A stretch of DNA of 64,000 bases. It comes from an uncultured candidate division WWE3 bacterium. GTDB taxonomy: Bacteria; Patescibacteriota; WWE3; UBA101185; UBA10185. Each line of letters opens with the position of its first letter. Positions within the stretch are counted from its first letter, which is position 1. Below are positions 18,305 through 27,477 of this stretch, one piece after another. The position numbers and the translations under genes were made by a program. The notes under the pieces are model-generated. The model did not search any database, was not told the DNA's origin, and saw only the letters and a list, made by a program, of their open reading frames with translations. The stretch spans positions 5,389 through 69,388 of the forward strand of contig CBFDCV010000001.1 of NCBI GenBank assembly GCA_965603395.1, read 5' to 3'.

Positions 18305-18667
18305 TTACCTTTTTGTACGCATTTGTAAAAACGCTAATACATACATGATCAAAAATAAGGTTAGATTTACAATATTATCTAAGTTAAAAGCTCTCAAACC
18401 CATGTAAAACACCACGCCAAATGCTAAATAAGTAGACCATTTTATACTTTTTCGGTACAAAAATCTCAAATTGCTAAAAGTGGGAGCCTTAGCATGAAAA
18501 TAAAAATATATTGGTAAAGACAAGGTTGACATCAAGGCCAAAAACAGCAGGAGCAACATAATAAGCACCGCGTCCAAACTTACCGGTTCAGTCATGTACA
18601 CATGGCGTCCAAATAGCAACCAAAATAGGGCCGATAAGAAAATAATGGTGTATATGAACTTCGGCAT
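18305..18667 (-). CDS. Small hypothetical membrane protein (3 TM)
   Basis: 120 aa, hydrophobic throughout. No motif. Confidence 0.25.
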   Translation of the reverse strand: MPKFIYTIIFLSALFWLLFGRHVYMTEPVSLDAVLIMLLLLFLALMSTLSLPIYFYFHAKAPTFSNLRFLYRKSIKWSTYLAFGVVFYMGLRAFNLDNIVNLTLFLIMYVLAFLQMRTKR

Positions 18668-18732
18668 AATATGATAATAACACTAAAATCCTCTACTCTC
18701 GCTTAATTTTATTATTCTGATAAAATTAGCAC

Positions 18733-19779
18733 ATGCTTTCTGAACAAACTCTGATTATTTTGGTTTTTCTAGTGCTGGGCTCTGCCGGTATTATTATTTT
18801 TGCCTTTTCTTCCCAAATTAAAAAGCTTAAAGATGAAATGAAAAATGACGAAGACGACAAGGTTTTGATGGAATGGCTCAAAGACATGAAAGGTTCTGTA
18901 GATACTAGATTAAAAGACCAAAATCAAACTTTACAGGATCAACTTGGTAGTCAGCGCAAAGCCATGACCGATCAAACAAAGTTGATTTGGGAGAGGCTGG
19001 AAAATTCGACCAAGGTTATTCAGCAGGTACACAAGGAGTTGGGAGGTATTAGTGAGTTTGGTCGTGATATGAAGGACCTGAGCAATATTTTAAAATCTCC
19101 CAAGTTAAGAGGTGGTCTGGGTGAACAGTTTTTGTACGAAATTTTAGAAAATTCTCTGCCTAAAGAATTATTTAAAACTCAGTACAAATTTAAAGACGGC
19201 GCCGTATGTGATGCTGTGGTCATTACTGAAAAAGGCTTGATTACCATCGATTCAAAATTTCCCATGGAAAACTTCAAAGAAATGGTAACCCAAGAAACTC
19301 AGGAGGCCAGAGAAAAATACAAAAAACAATTTATTAGAGATGTGAAAACTAGGATTGATGAGATTTCTTCCAAATACATCTTGCCCGAGGAAGGTACAGC
19401 CGATTTTGCCGTCATGTATGTCCCGTCTGAGAATGTCTATTACGAGTTAGTGGTTAACACGCCGGAAATTGAAAGCTACTCCAGAGATAAAAGTATTTTC
19501 ATTACCTCACCAAACACCCTAAATTATCAGATGAGAGCTATTTTAGTGGCCTATCAACAAAGTGAACTACAAAAACACGCCGGTGATATTTTAAAATCTT
19601 TGAGTGGTATAAAAACAGAAGCCGTAAAGTTTGATGAAGAACTAGGTGTGTTAGGCGGACATATTGTTCGAACATATAAGGCTATGGATAGCGTCAAGAT
19701 CAAGTTCTCTAAATTGTTTGGAAAAATTGAGAGTACTCAAGCTTTAGGAACCCCCGAAGATACAAAAGAACTTAGTTAA
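18733..19779 (+). CDS. rmuC: DNA recombination protein RmuC
   Basis: N-terminal TM, a coiled-coil region, and a conserved core 'LRGGLGEQFLYEILENSLP...AVCDAVVITEKGLITIDSKFP' typical of RmuC. Confidence 0.7.
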   Translation: MLSEQTLIILVFLVLGSAGIIIFAFSSQIKKLKDEMKNDEDDKVLMEWLKDMKGSVDTRLKDQNQTLQDQLGSQRKAMTDQTKLIWERLENSTKVIQQVHKELGGISEFGRDMKDLSNILKSPKLRGGLGEQFLYEILENSLPKELFKTQYKFKDGAVCDAVVITEKGLITIDSKFPMENFKEMVTQETQEAREKYKKQFIRDVKTRIDEISSKYILPEEGTADFAVMYVPSENVYYELVVNTPEIESYSRDKSIFITSPNTLNYQMRAILVAYQQSELQKHAGDILKSLSGIKTEAVKFDEELGVLGGHIVRTYKAMDSVKIKFSKLFGKIESTQALGTPEDTKELS

Positions 19780-19786
19780 AAAATAA

Positions 19787-19822
19787 AGCCTCAAAAGGAT
19801 GTGTGATTACCCCTTGAGGCTC
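19787..19822. terminator. Hairpin between convergent genes (candidate bidirectional terminator)
   Basis: AGCCTCAA(AAGG)...(CCCC)TTGAGGCT: 8-bp perfect arms plus a partial extension, followed by a T-rich tract. Confidence 0.35.
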
Positions 19823-19838
19823 TTGGACTGCTTGGCTT

Positions 19839-20078
19839 TTAACTTGGGCTTTTCCAAAAAATAATTCCAAAGATTAAAGCTACCACTGCCAATCCAAACA
19901 TTCCATAAGCTGTTTCATTTGGTATTTCCGATAAAAGTAAGAAGGTTGCGCCTGCTATGAAAAGTGCAAGTGCAAGGATTATACCTAAACCGGACCCAAA
20001 CTGGTCGTGACACTTACTCCAACAATTTCTCATGATCCTCTCCTTAATAATATATAAATGCCGCAGGACACCAACCAA
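19839..20078 (-). CDS. Small hypothetical membrane protein
   Basis: 79 aa with two hydrophobic helices. No motif. Confidence 0.25.
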   Translation of the reverse strand: MVGVLRHLYIIKERIMRNCWSKCHDQFGSGLGIILALALFIAGATFLLLSEIPNETAYGMFGLAVVALIFGIIFWKSPS

Positions 20079-20089
20079 ACAGTATTGTA

Positions 20090-20353
20090 CTATAGGTCTA
20101 CACTGTGGTCAAAGTCCCCAACACCGCCAAGCAGCCAGTTGACTATTACCGTACCAATCCCAATTAGTATAAGGGACAACAACCAGGCGCCTATATACAC
20201 TAGATGGAATTTGGTGTGGGCTACGTCCGTAAACAAGTTAAAAATCGCACGAATCGCACCTGCAAAAGCCACCAGCCAGAAAACACACAACATAATATTG
20301 AATCTAATAAGAAGCTTCTCTTCCGGGTCACGTTTTCTCTCTATTTTCTTCAT
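20090..20353 (-). CDS. Small hypothetical membrane protein
   Basis: 87 aa with a basic N-terminus and two TM helices. It is in tandem with the previous small membrane ORF. Confidence 0.3.
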   Translation of the reverse strand: MKKIERKRDPEEKLLIRFNIMLCVFWLVAFAGAIRAIFNLFTDVAHTKFHLVYIGAWLLSLILIGIGTVIVNWLLGGVGDFDHSVDL

Positions 20354-20398
20354 ATCCCTTCTCCTGTGGTTTAAATTGGTTTAAGCTATAATCCTTAT

Positions 20399-23260
20399 AT
20401 GCCAAATCAGAAGAAATTGCAACTCAACTTGGAGCAAATAAAGGCCGTGGAACACGTTTCCGGACCAATTTTAGTAGTAGCAGGAGCAGGTACAGGTAAG
20501 ACTAGGGTCATTTCGGAACGTATAAAACACCTCATAAATAAAAAAGAAATAAGTTCTAAGGAAATACTAGCTTTAACTTTCACAGAAAAAGCGGCCCAGG
20601 AAATGTCAAATAGAGTGGCTGATGTCATGCCATTGGGATATGAAGAGCCCTGGATCAGTACTTTCCATGCCTTTGCGGATAGAATATTAAAAGCTGAGGG
20701 TTTGGAAATGGGCTTGGACCCGACATTTAAAATATTATCCGGTCCTGATCAGTGGCTTCTTTTTAGAAAAAATCTTTTCCAATTTGATCTGAAATACTTT
20801 AGGCCCTTAGGTAACCCCACAAAATTTATTTCCGCCATACTAAAGTTTGTCTCACGATTGCAGGATGAGTACATTAGTCCCAAAGAACTCGAAGAATTTG
20901 CACAGAACTTTGAAGGGGCGGGTGAAGAAAAAGAGCGGTGGCTTGAGCTAGCTTACATTTATAAAAAGTATGAGGAGATAAAAATAGCTAACTCAAAAAT
21001 GGATTTTGGAAACTTGATCAGCTGGTGTATAAAACTTTTCGATGATAGACCAAATGTACTAAATAAATACTGTGAACAATTCAAGCATGTATTACTGGAT
21101 GAGTTTCAAGACACTAATTACGCACAATATTTACTGATAAAACGTTTGTGCCCTGAGACTATGGGAAAAAGAAGTTTGTTAGTAGTAGGTGATGATTCTC
21201 AGTCTATTTACAAATTCAGGGGTGCTGCCGTTTCAAATATTTTAGAATTCATGAAGGATTACCCAAAGGCGGAAATGATCACTTTAACTAAAAACTACCG
21301 CTCTACACAACAAATTCTAGATCCTGCCTACAAATTAATACAAAATAACAACCCCGACACCTTAGAATCCAAACTTGGCATATCAAAAAAACTAACCACT
21401 ACACAAAAGGAAGAGAGAAGTACTCCTCAAGTATTACAAACAGAAACAATAGAAGATGAGGTTGAGCTTGTCATTTCAAAAATTTACGAAGTCTTAGCTA
21501 AAGAACCCTCCTATACATATAGGGACGTGGCAATACTAGCCAGAGCCAACGGTCACCTAGACGCTTATGTTATGGCCTTGAGAAAATACGGCCTTCCTTA
21601 TCAGCTAGTCGGTAACCGTGGTTTATACGATCAAGATGAGATAAGAGACATCTTAGCGTTACTAAAAGTTATTGTTAATCCCAAAGACTCTATCAGCCTA
21701 TACCGCGCCCTAAACATCGATTCATTTGCCATTCCCCAAAAGATCATAACCGGGCTGCTATCTCAGTCAAAATATAAGAAAACTGACATTTGGGAGCTAA
21801 TTCCTGATTACAAAAATCCTGAACTGGAAAACTTTCACCAATTAATAACCAGGTATCAAGACAAAATTACTAAAGCCCTGCCTGTGCAACTTGTCTATGA
21901 TCTAGTACACGAATCGGGCTATTTAAACATTTACCTGGAAGAAGAGACCATAGAAAATATACTTAGTATTAAAAACCTTGATCTCTTTTTAAACGTGGTT
22001 AAGAAGTTTGAAATTGACTATAGATCAGACAGCAATGAGCTCCCCACACTAGTGAACTTAGTGGACTACATAGAGATGCTTATTGAGGCCGGTGATAGCC
22101 CCGCTCAAGCGGAAATCGAAGACATAGACACTATCAACCTGCTCACTGTGCACTCCGCTAAGGGGCTGGAATTCCCTGTGGTATTTTTAGTCAACTTGGT
22201 CACAGGAAGATTCCCAACCAGAAATCGTAAAGATATGATCCGAATGCCTGACGAATTAGTTAAAGAAACACTACCTACAGGGGATGAGCACCTGCAAGAA
22301 GAGCGAAGGCTGTTTTATGTAGGCATGACAAGAGCAAAAAAATATTTGTACATGGTAATGGCAAAAAACTACGGCGGTGTGAGAGAAAGAAAACCTTGCG
22401 GCTATGTTGAAGAAACCGGTCTTACCTTAGAAGAAGTTCAAGCGGATGAAATTGCCTCCAAGAAAGTAGGCCAAAAGCCTCTTTTCGGGGTTGAGTCAGG
22501 TTTTAAGGATCCCGTTTTGGCAAAACTTGATTTTACACCCAGATTTTTAAGTTATTCTCAAATAGACACTTACAAAATCTGCCCCCTTAGATACAAATAT
22601 AGCTATGTACTCAAAGTCCCTGCTTCGCCCAGCCATAATCTAAGTTTTGGCATAACCATCCACGACACTTTGCGCGATTTTCATTCCAGGCAGATTTTCG
22701 ATGATGTTTCTTTAGACGATTTACTAAAAATGTATGAGAACAATTGGCAGCCTCTAGGGTATATGGATGAAGATCATAGAAATCACAGATTCGAGGATGG
22801 TAAGAAGTTATTAGAAACGTACTATAATAGGCATAAAGACGACAAGAAAAAACCTCTGGAGTTGGAAAAATCGTTTAATTTGAAGATTGGCGGTATAAGA
22901 TTTTACGGCAGAATAGACCGCATAGACAAGCTGGATGGCGGCGTTGAGATCATCGACTATAAAACCGGAAATACCAAAACTCAAAAAGATGTGGACAAGG
23001 ATGACCAGATTGCTTTTTACGCCATTGCTGCCAAAGAAGCGTTAGGTGTGGAACCAAAAAAACTTACCTACTACTTTTTAGAGAGCGGAGAGAGGATTTC
23101 CACAACCAGAACCGACAAGCAATTAGAAAATAAAAAGCAGGAGGCAGGACAGATCGTAGAAGATATTAAAAAAGGAGAGTTTACAGCTAGTCCCGGTATG
23201 CAATGTAGTTGGTGCGATTACAAAGAAATTTGTCCTTTTGCTTACAAAGGAAGTTCCTGA
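20399..23260 (+). CDS. UvrD/PcrA-family SF1 helicase fused to a C-terminal Cas4/AddB-like PD-(D/E)xK nuclease domain with a 4-Cys (Fe-S) cluster
   Basis: Walker A 'AGAGTGKTRV' and UvrD motifs throughout. The C-terminal 'CPLRY...RIDRID...IIDYKTG...CSWCDYKEICPF' gives a C...CxxCx5C cluster plus D/E-K nuclease residues. Confidence 0.8.
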   Translation: MPNQKKLQLNLEQIKAVEHVSGPILVVAGAGTGKTRVISERIKHLINKKEISSKEILALTFTEKAAQEMSNRVADVMPLGYEEPWISTFHAFADRILKAEGLEMGLDPTFKILSGPDQWLLFRKNLFQFDLKYFRPLGNPTKFISAILKFVSRLQDEYISPKELEEFAQNFEGAGEEKERWLELAYIYKKYEEIKIANSKMDFGNLISWCIKLFDDRPNVLNKYCEQFKHVLLDEFQDTNYAQYLLIKRLCPETMGKRSLLVVGDDSQSIYKFRGAAVSNILEFMKDYPKAEMITLTKNYRSTQQILDPAYKLIQNNNPDTLESKLGISKKLTTTQKEERSTPQVLQTETIEDEVELVISKIYEVLAKEPSYTYRDVAILARANGHLDAYVMALRKYGLPYQLVGNRGLYDQDEIRDILALLKVIVNPKDSISLYRALNIDSFAIPQKIITGLLSQSKYKKTDIWELIPDYKNPELENFHQLITRYQDKITKALPVQLVYDLVHESGYLNIYLEEETIENILSIKNLDLFLNVVKKFEIDYRSDSNELPTLVNLVDYIEMLIEAGDSPAQAEIEDIDTINLLTVHSAKGLEFPVVFLVNLVTGRFPTRNRKDMIRMPDELVKETLPTGDEHLQEERRLFYVGMTRAKKYLYMVMAKNYGGVRERKPCGYVEETGLTLEEVQADEIASKKVGQKPLFGVESGFKDPVLAKLDFTPRFLSYSQIDTYKICPLRYKYSYVLKVPASPSHNLSFGITIHDTLRDFHSRQIFDDVSLDDLLKMYENNWQPLGYMDEDHRNHRFEDGKKLLETYYNRHKDDKKKPLELEKSFNLKIGGIRFYGRIDRIDKLDGGVEIIDYKTGNTKTQKDVDKDDQIAFYAIAAKEALGVEPKKLTYYFLESGERISTTRTDKQLENKKQEAGQIVEDIKKGEFTASPGMQCSWCDYKEICPFAYKGSS

Positions 23261-24141
23261 TACTTAGAAAAGAATTTTAAAACCGGATTGTAGTATTTAA
23301 TGTAGGGCGGAGGCAGTCTTAGCACGGTCCCTCCAAATTTCTCCTTGAAGTGACTGAACCCTCCCCAATTTTTTGTAAATACAGGAAACCTTTCGTCATC
23401 GATCCCCTCTAAATCAATATATTTATATCCAAGTTTCTTAAAATATAATATTGACTCCCACATAAGCAGATATCCTCCTTTACCCTTCCTACCTAGCTTA
23501 GTAGTGCCACCATGTAAAAAGGTAGCTATGCCCTTCCAACCAAAATAAACCTTTGCACTAACCAATTCCCCTTTTGAATCGTAGACCTCGAGCAAGAAGG
23601 AATCCTCTTTAAAAATATCTCTTTTTTTAAGTAAGTCTTTGTAAGGTTGCACATAAAATTTTCCTCTTTTACCGGTTGCTTTAACCAGTACATAGAATTT
23701 GTCCAGTTGTGACTTTTTGGGATCTCTTGTTACCTTTATATTATTCCCCTCTCTCCTAGCTCTATTTACAGAATACTTGCCGCTTTTAGACACGTTTCCC
23801 CAAAGCTCTTCTTCACTCTTTTCAAGCTCAATGAGCATGGTTGAGGGCGGGCTTAATGGAAAGCTGCTTGTTACATATCCTCTTTTAGTGAGAAGGCTTT
23901 CGTCCTGACCAAAACTTGGTTCGATCTTATTAAAAATGCACTTTTTCCCGGTACAAATTTCTTCAATCTCTTCCAAATCCTTTTCGCAAAAGTTTTTAGG
24001 TCTTTGAATTTTTGATACTGTACCAAAAGGAGTTCTCATAATGGCGATCTTTATTCCGGAAGTTGTATCCACTATATTCCATTTGAGAAACTTCAAATAT
24101 TGCTCCCATGGCTTTGATTGTCTTATACTCTCATAATTCAC
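23242..24141 (-). CDS. FemAB-family peptidoglycan-bridge aminoacyltransferase (aa-tRNA dependent), paralogue 2
   Basis: GNAT-like FemAB blocks 'GGTTKLGRKGKGGYLLMWESILYFKKLGYKYIDLEGI' and '...FKEKFGG'. A 4-nt overlap with the upstream paralogue indicates an operon. Confidence 0.6.
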   Translation of the reverse strand: MNYESIRQSKPWEQYLKFLKWNIVDTTSGIKIAIMRTPFGTVSKIQRPKNFCEKDLEEIEEICTGKKCIFNKIEPSFGQDESLLTKRGYVTSSFPLSPPSTMLIELEKSEEELWGNVSKSGKYSVNRARREGNNIKVTRDPKKSQLDKFYVLVKATGKRGKFYVQPYKDLLKKRDIFKEDSFLLEVYDSKGELVSAKVYFGWKGIATFLHGGTTKLGRKGKGGYLLMWESILYFKKLGYKYIDLEGIDDERFPVFTKNWGGFSHFKEKFGGTVLRLPPPYIKYYNPVLKFFSKYQELPL

Positions 24142-25079
24142 TTTATGAGCCCTAACTCAAGTAAATTCCATCTTATATTGTTTAATCGAGTAAAAATGTA
24201 GTGCATGGGCCAATTAATTACTAAATCATATGAATCTATATATTTTACATGTCTGCCATTAAACTTGGTTTTGAAGTTGGTAAATCCGTAGTAAGGATCT
24301 TTCTTATCTTCAAGGTCTTCTGCAGCACCCCACATATCAAAAACCTCACAACCCTTACTCTTACCAAACCTTATGCTTTCCCATCCCAAAGCATTACTGG
24401 CAAACAAATTTTTGTGTCTTTCCGAAGATCCTCCGTAGGGATAATATATGGTCTTTTCGTAAATGAATAACATCCAAGAACCAAGTGCTTCTCCTTCATA
24501 TTTTGCGGTTAGTATGTGGCACATATCTTTAGGATGAAGTTCGTCCCATATAATTTTGTAGTACTGTCTTGGTCTTACAAAGTAGTTTTGTCTCAAAGCT
24601 GTTTTTTTCAATAACTCATAAAATCCTTCAAAGTCCTCTTCGTTTTCAGCCAATTCAATCACCACGCCCTTTTTTAAAGCATACCTGGCATTGTACCTGT
24701 GCTTTGAATGCATTCTTTTAAATAATTCCTCCTCAGATGCTTTTAGGTCCAACAAAATATTAGCCTTGGCGAATTCAGAGCGGACGGCTTTTTTGCAATG
24801 CTTTTTTAAGATATCAACCGCTTTAATTTCCTCATTCGAACCTTTTATTACATTTGGAACATCAAAAGTCAGGCCGATGCACTTATTTTGTTTTAATGAA
24901 GCTTTCAGTTTTTCAATATCCACCTTCACAGGATTAACTCTAGGACAATAAGCATAGTTATAATTAGTTTTGGGAATCTTATGCATGGTGTAATAAATAT
25001 CACCCACTTTTACTGATTCACTACCATATTTTGTTTTTACATTTGCCCACTCATCAGACTGAACAATGTGCTTATACAT
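24138..25079 (-). CDS. FemAB-family peptidoglycan-bridge aminoacyltransferase (aa-tRNA dependent), paralogue 1
   Basis: 'MYKHIVQSDEWANVK', '...YGGSSERHKNLFASNALGWESIRFGKSKGCEVFDMWGA...GFTNFKTKFNG' is a FemAB/FemX-like pattern. Confidence 0.65.
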   Translation of the reverse strand: MYKHIVQSDEWANVKTKYGSESVKVGDIYYTMHKIPKTNYNYAYCPRVNPVKVDIEKLKASLKQNKCIGLTFDVPNVIKGSNEEIKAVDILKKHCKKAVRSEFAKANILLDLKASEEELFKRMHSKHRYNARYALKKGVVIELAENEEDFEGFYELLKKTALRQNYFVRPRQYYKIIWDELHPKDMCHILTAKYEGEALGSWMLFIYEKTIYYPYGGSSERHKNLFASNALGWESIRFGKSKGCEVFDMWGAAEDLEDKKDPYYGFTNFKTKFNGRHVKYIDSYDLVINWPMHYIFTRLNNIRWNLLELGLIK

Positions 25080-25143
25080 GGTGGTAGTATAGAATTTTTA
25101 TCCCTTGCTTACAAGATAAAAAGTGTGTTAACTTATCATAGTA

Positions 25144-25923
25144 ATGAATACAAAGGAAATTATTATCAGCGTAATTGCACTAATACTCCTTTTGATAGGA
25201 TTGTTTTTTCTTATACGATTTGGAAGAAATAGGTCCGATTCTGCGAAGGAAGCACAAGAGATAGATTCAGGAGCTGTACCAACTACAGAAAACCTGGATT
25301 CCGGAGACGAGCTTGATTCAAGTTTTTCAAACGACCTTTCATTTGAAAAAACCGATGGAACAGGCGATGATACTAACATGGAAGGCTTCGAATCAAAAAG
25401 AACACAGGCAGACAAAAAGCTAGAACCACCTGCTTTTAGACTAAAAGATGGAGTGGATTATCAGGCCGTCATTCAAACCTCTATGGGAGACATAAAGGTA
25501 GACCTGTTCGAAAAAGAAACTCCTATTACCGTAAATAATTTTGTTCACTTGGCTAATATAGCTTTTTATGATGGTTTAATATTTCACCGTGTCATTCCTG
25601 ACTTCATGATACAAGGGGGAGATCCGCTGGGCAGCGGTGCCGGTGGTCCTGGCTACTCTTTTGAAGATGAGATCATTACCGGTCTTCATCTTGTAAAAGG
25701 CACATTGGCTATGGCTAACTCCGGTAAAGACACTAATGGAAGTCAATTTTTTATAGTAACCAAGAAGGCTGTTCCCTGGCTTGATGGAGACCACACAAAC
25801 TTTGGGCAGGTTATGGAGGGTCAAAACATAGCGGATGAGATATCTTTAGTGGATGCTGATCCCAAAAATAATAAGCCCAATGAAGACGTGGTTATTAAAA
25901 CAATTGTTATTTTGGAAAATTGA
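25144..25923 (+). CDS. Cyclophilin-type peptidyl-prolyl cis-trans isomerase, membrane-anchored with an acidic linker
   Basis: N-terminal TM, then 'FHRVIPDFMIQGGDP...GGPGYSFEDE...GTLAMANSGKDTNGSQFFI' (cyclophilin signature). Confidence 0.85.
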   Translation: MNTKEIIISVIALILLLIGLFFLIRFGRNRSDSAKEAQEIDSGAVPTTENLDSGDELDSSFSNDLSFEKTDGTGDDTNMEGFESKRTQADKKLEPPAFRLKDGVDYQAVIQTSMGDIKVDLFEKETPITVNNFVHLANIAFYDGLIFHRVIPDFMIQGGDPLGSGAGGPGYSFEDEIITGLHLVKGTLAMANSGKDTNGSQFFIVTKKAVPWLDGDHTNFGQVMEGQNIADEISLVDADPKNNKPNEDVVIKTIVILEN

Positions 25924-26683
25924 TCTCAGCTTTTTCATAAAGCTTAATCCAATTTTTTACCTCGATGTGTTGCGGACGTAGCTTTTCGTCTATACCTAAC
26001 TCTTTCAACATTTTTTTGGAAAATACCTTATTTAGCATTTTTCTAGGTTTTGAAAAGGCTTTATGTAAAAATTCCTCATAGTTCATAAGTTCCTTTTCTG
26101 CTATGGGTGGGTTTTTAATCTTAGTCATCCTTATTATGACGCCATCTACTTTCGGTATGGGTTCAAAAAAAGATCTGGGAACTATTTCTAAAACTTTAAT
26201 TTTGTAGAAAGTTTGTAAATAAACAGACAAGTAAGACGCTTTGGGGGCTTTGGCTGAGATTTTCCTTCCTACCTCTTTTTGCATAAGTAAAACACAAATA
26301 GAGATGTTGCCTTTATGCCTGGCCACTGCGTGTAGTATGGGGGAAGTTATGTAATAAGGAAGCGAGCCTATGACTTTAAACTCCTTACCCGGCCTAAATC
26401 TAGGCAACCAGCTAAGAACGTCAGCCTTGAAAATTGTTAAGTTCTTCTGCTTTGAAAATCTTTTTTTTAACTCTTTAACATATCTTTCATCGATTTCTAT
26501 AGCTTGAACTTTAGTCTTTTTCTTTTTTGCTTCTTTAACTAATATTTTAGTGAGAGCTCCCAACCCGGCACCAATTTCTACCACCAAATCGTTTTTTTCC
26601 ATCCCTAAGGCATTTACCATGTTACTTGCTACGCCTGATTCGATAATAAAATTCTGACCCAGCCCTTTTATAGGTTTAAGCAT
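25907..26683 (-). CDS. rsmA: 16S rRNA (adenine1518/1519-N6)-dimethyltransferase RsmA/KsgA
   Basis: 'LGQNFIIESGVASNMVNALG...VVEIGAGLGALT' SAM motif, 258 aa. Confidence 0.85.
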   Translation of the reverse strand: MLKPIKGLGQNFIIESGVASNMVNALGMEKNDLVVEIGAGLGALTKILVKEAKKKKTKVQAIEIDERYVKELKKRFSKQKNLTIFKADVLSWLPRFRPGKEFKVIGSLPYYITSPILHAVARHKGNISICVLLMQKEVGRKISAKAPKASYLSVYLQTFYKIKVLEIVPRSFFEPIPKVDGVIIRMTKIKNPPIAEKELMNYEEFLHKAFSKPRKMLNKVFSKKMLKELGIDEKLRPQHIEVKNWIKLYEKAEINFPK

Positions 26684-26721
26684 ATGCTAGTCAAGTATAC
26701 TACAGCGTAGATAAGTAATTA

Positions 26722-27477
26722 TTAAGGCTCGTTGTCCATGAGGTAAATATCAACGTAGCCGGTGCGCCAAGGGGCCGTACGGTGATCTTTGTAGGCAAGA
26801 TCAATTTTATTTCCTTTTATAGCGCCCCCTACATCCAAGGCCTGGCATTTCCCGTACCCCGGAACATAAAAATGCGTGTACATATCTATTACAGTAGGGT
26901 CTACTGCGCAAACTCCCTGTTGTACGGGCGCACCCAGGGCAGTAGTATTATTACAACCTTCGCAAGTGGAATCGTATTTAGTGGCCCACACCCTCATCTT
27001 ATACCAATATTTTATTTTTCCGTATTCAGGGGTACTTAGCTTTTTCCACACGATTTTTTTCCCTTTTGAAACAATTTGAGTTGTGGGCTCTTTTACTTCT
27101 GTGTTAAGTACTGTTTTGTCGATGATGTCATCGACCCAATACGTTACAAGAAAGGTTTTAGTTATCAACCCTTCCTCCCCCGGTCTTTGTATTTCCTCTT
27201 TACCATACTCCAACTCTTCATCGTCTTCATATACTATCTCGAAGGGAATTGTATCGTGTTCATCCACTTCCATTTGGTCAAAGGCAGTGGTCGTCACAAT
27301 CTCAGGTTTGTATGTGGTCCGGGTCTGGTAAACTTCGTCCCTTATAGTGTCTGCGCCCAATACCTGACCTTCGTCAACTAAAATGTTTTTGTATAAAAAT
27401 ACGGTCGTGTAAATTACCTGCAGTATGATTAATATTCTATATATCATGTTATTCCCAACTGAAATTCCTTCTATCAA
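26722..27477 (-). CDS. Secreted/anchored G5 + 3D-domain protein (YabE/YuiC-like, cell-wall binding/lytic)
   Basis: N-terminal TM, a G5-like middle segment, and a C-terminal 3D domain 'YVPGYGKCQALDVGGAIKGNKIDLAY'. Confidence 0.5.
   Translation of the reverse strand: MIEGISVGNNMIYRILIILQVIYTTVFLYKNILVDEGQVLGADTIRDEVYQTRTTYKPEIVTTTAFDQMEVDEHDTIPFEIVYEDDEELEYGKEEIQRPGEEGLITKTFLVTYWVDDIIDKTVLNTEVKEPTTQIVSKGKKIVWKKLSTPEYGKIKYWYKMRVWATKYDSTCEGCNNTTALGAPVQQGVCAVDPTVIDMYTHFYVPGYGKCQALDVGGAIKGNKIDLAYKDHRTAPWRTGYVDIYLMDNEP

Noticed and set aside
18069-18407. 112-aa + strand ORF overlapping the metG 5' end
   Set aside because: It is antisense to the MetRS N-terminus and has no motif.
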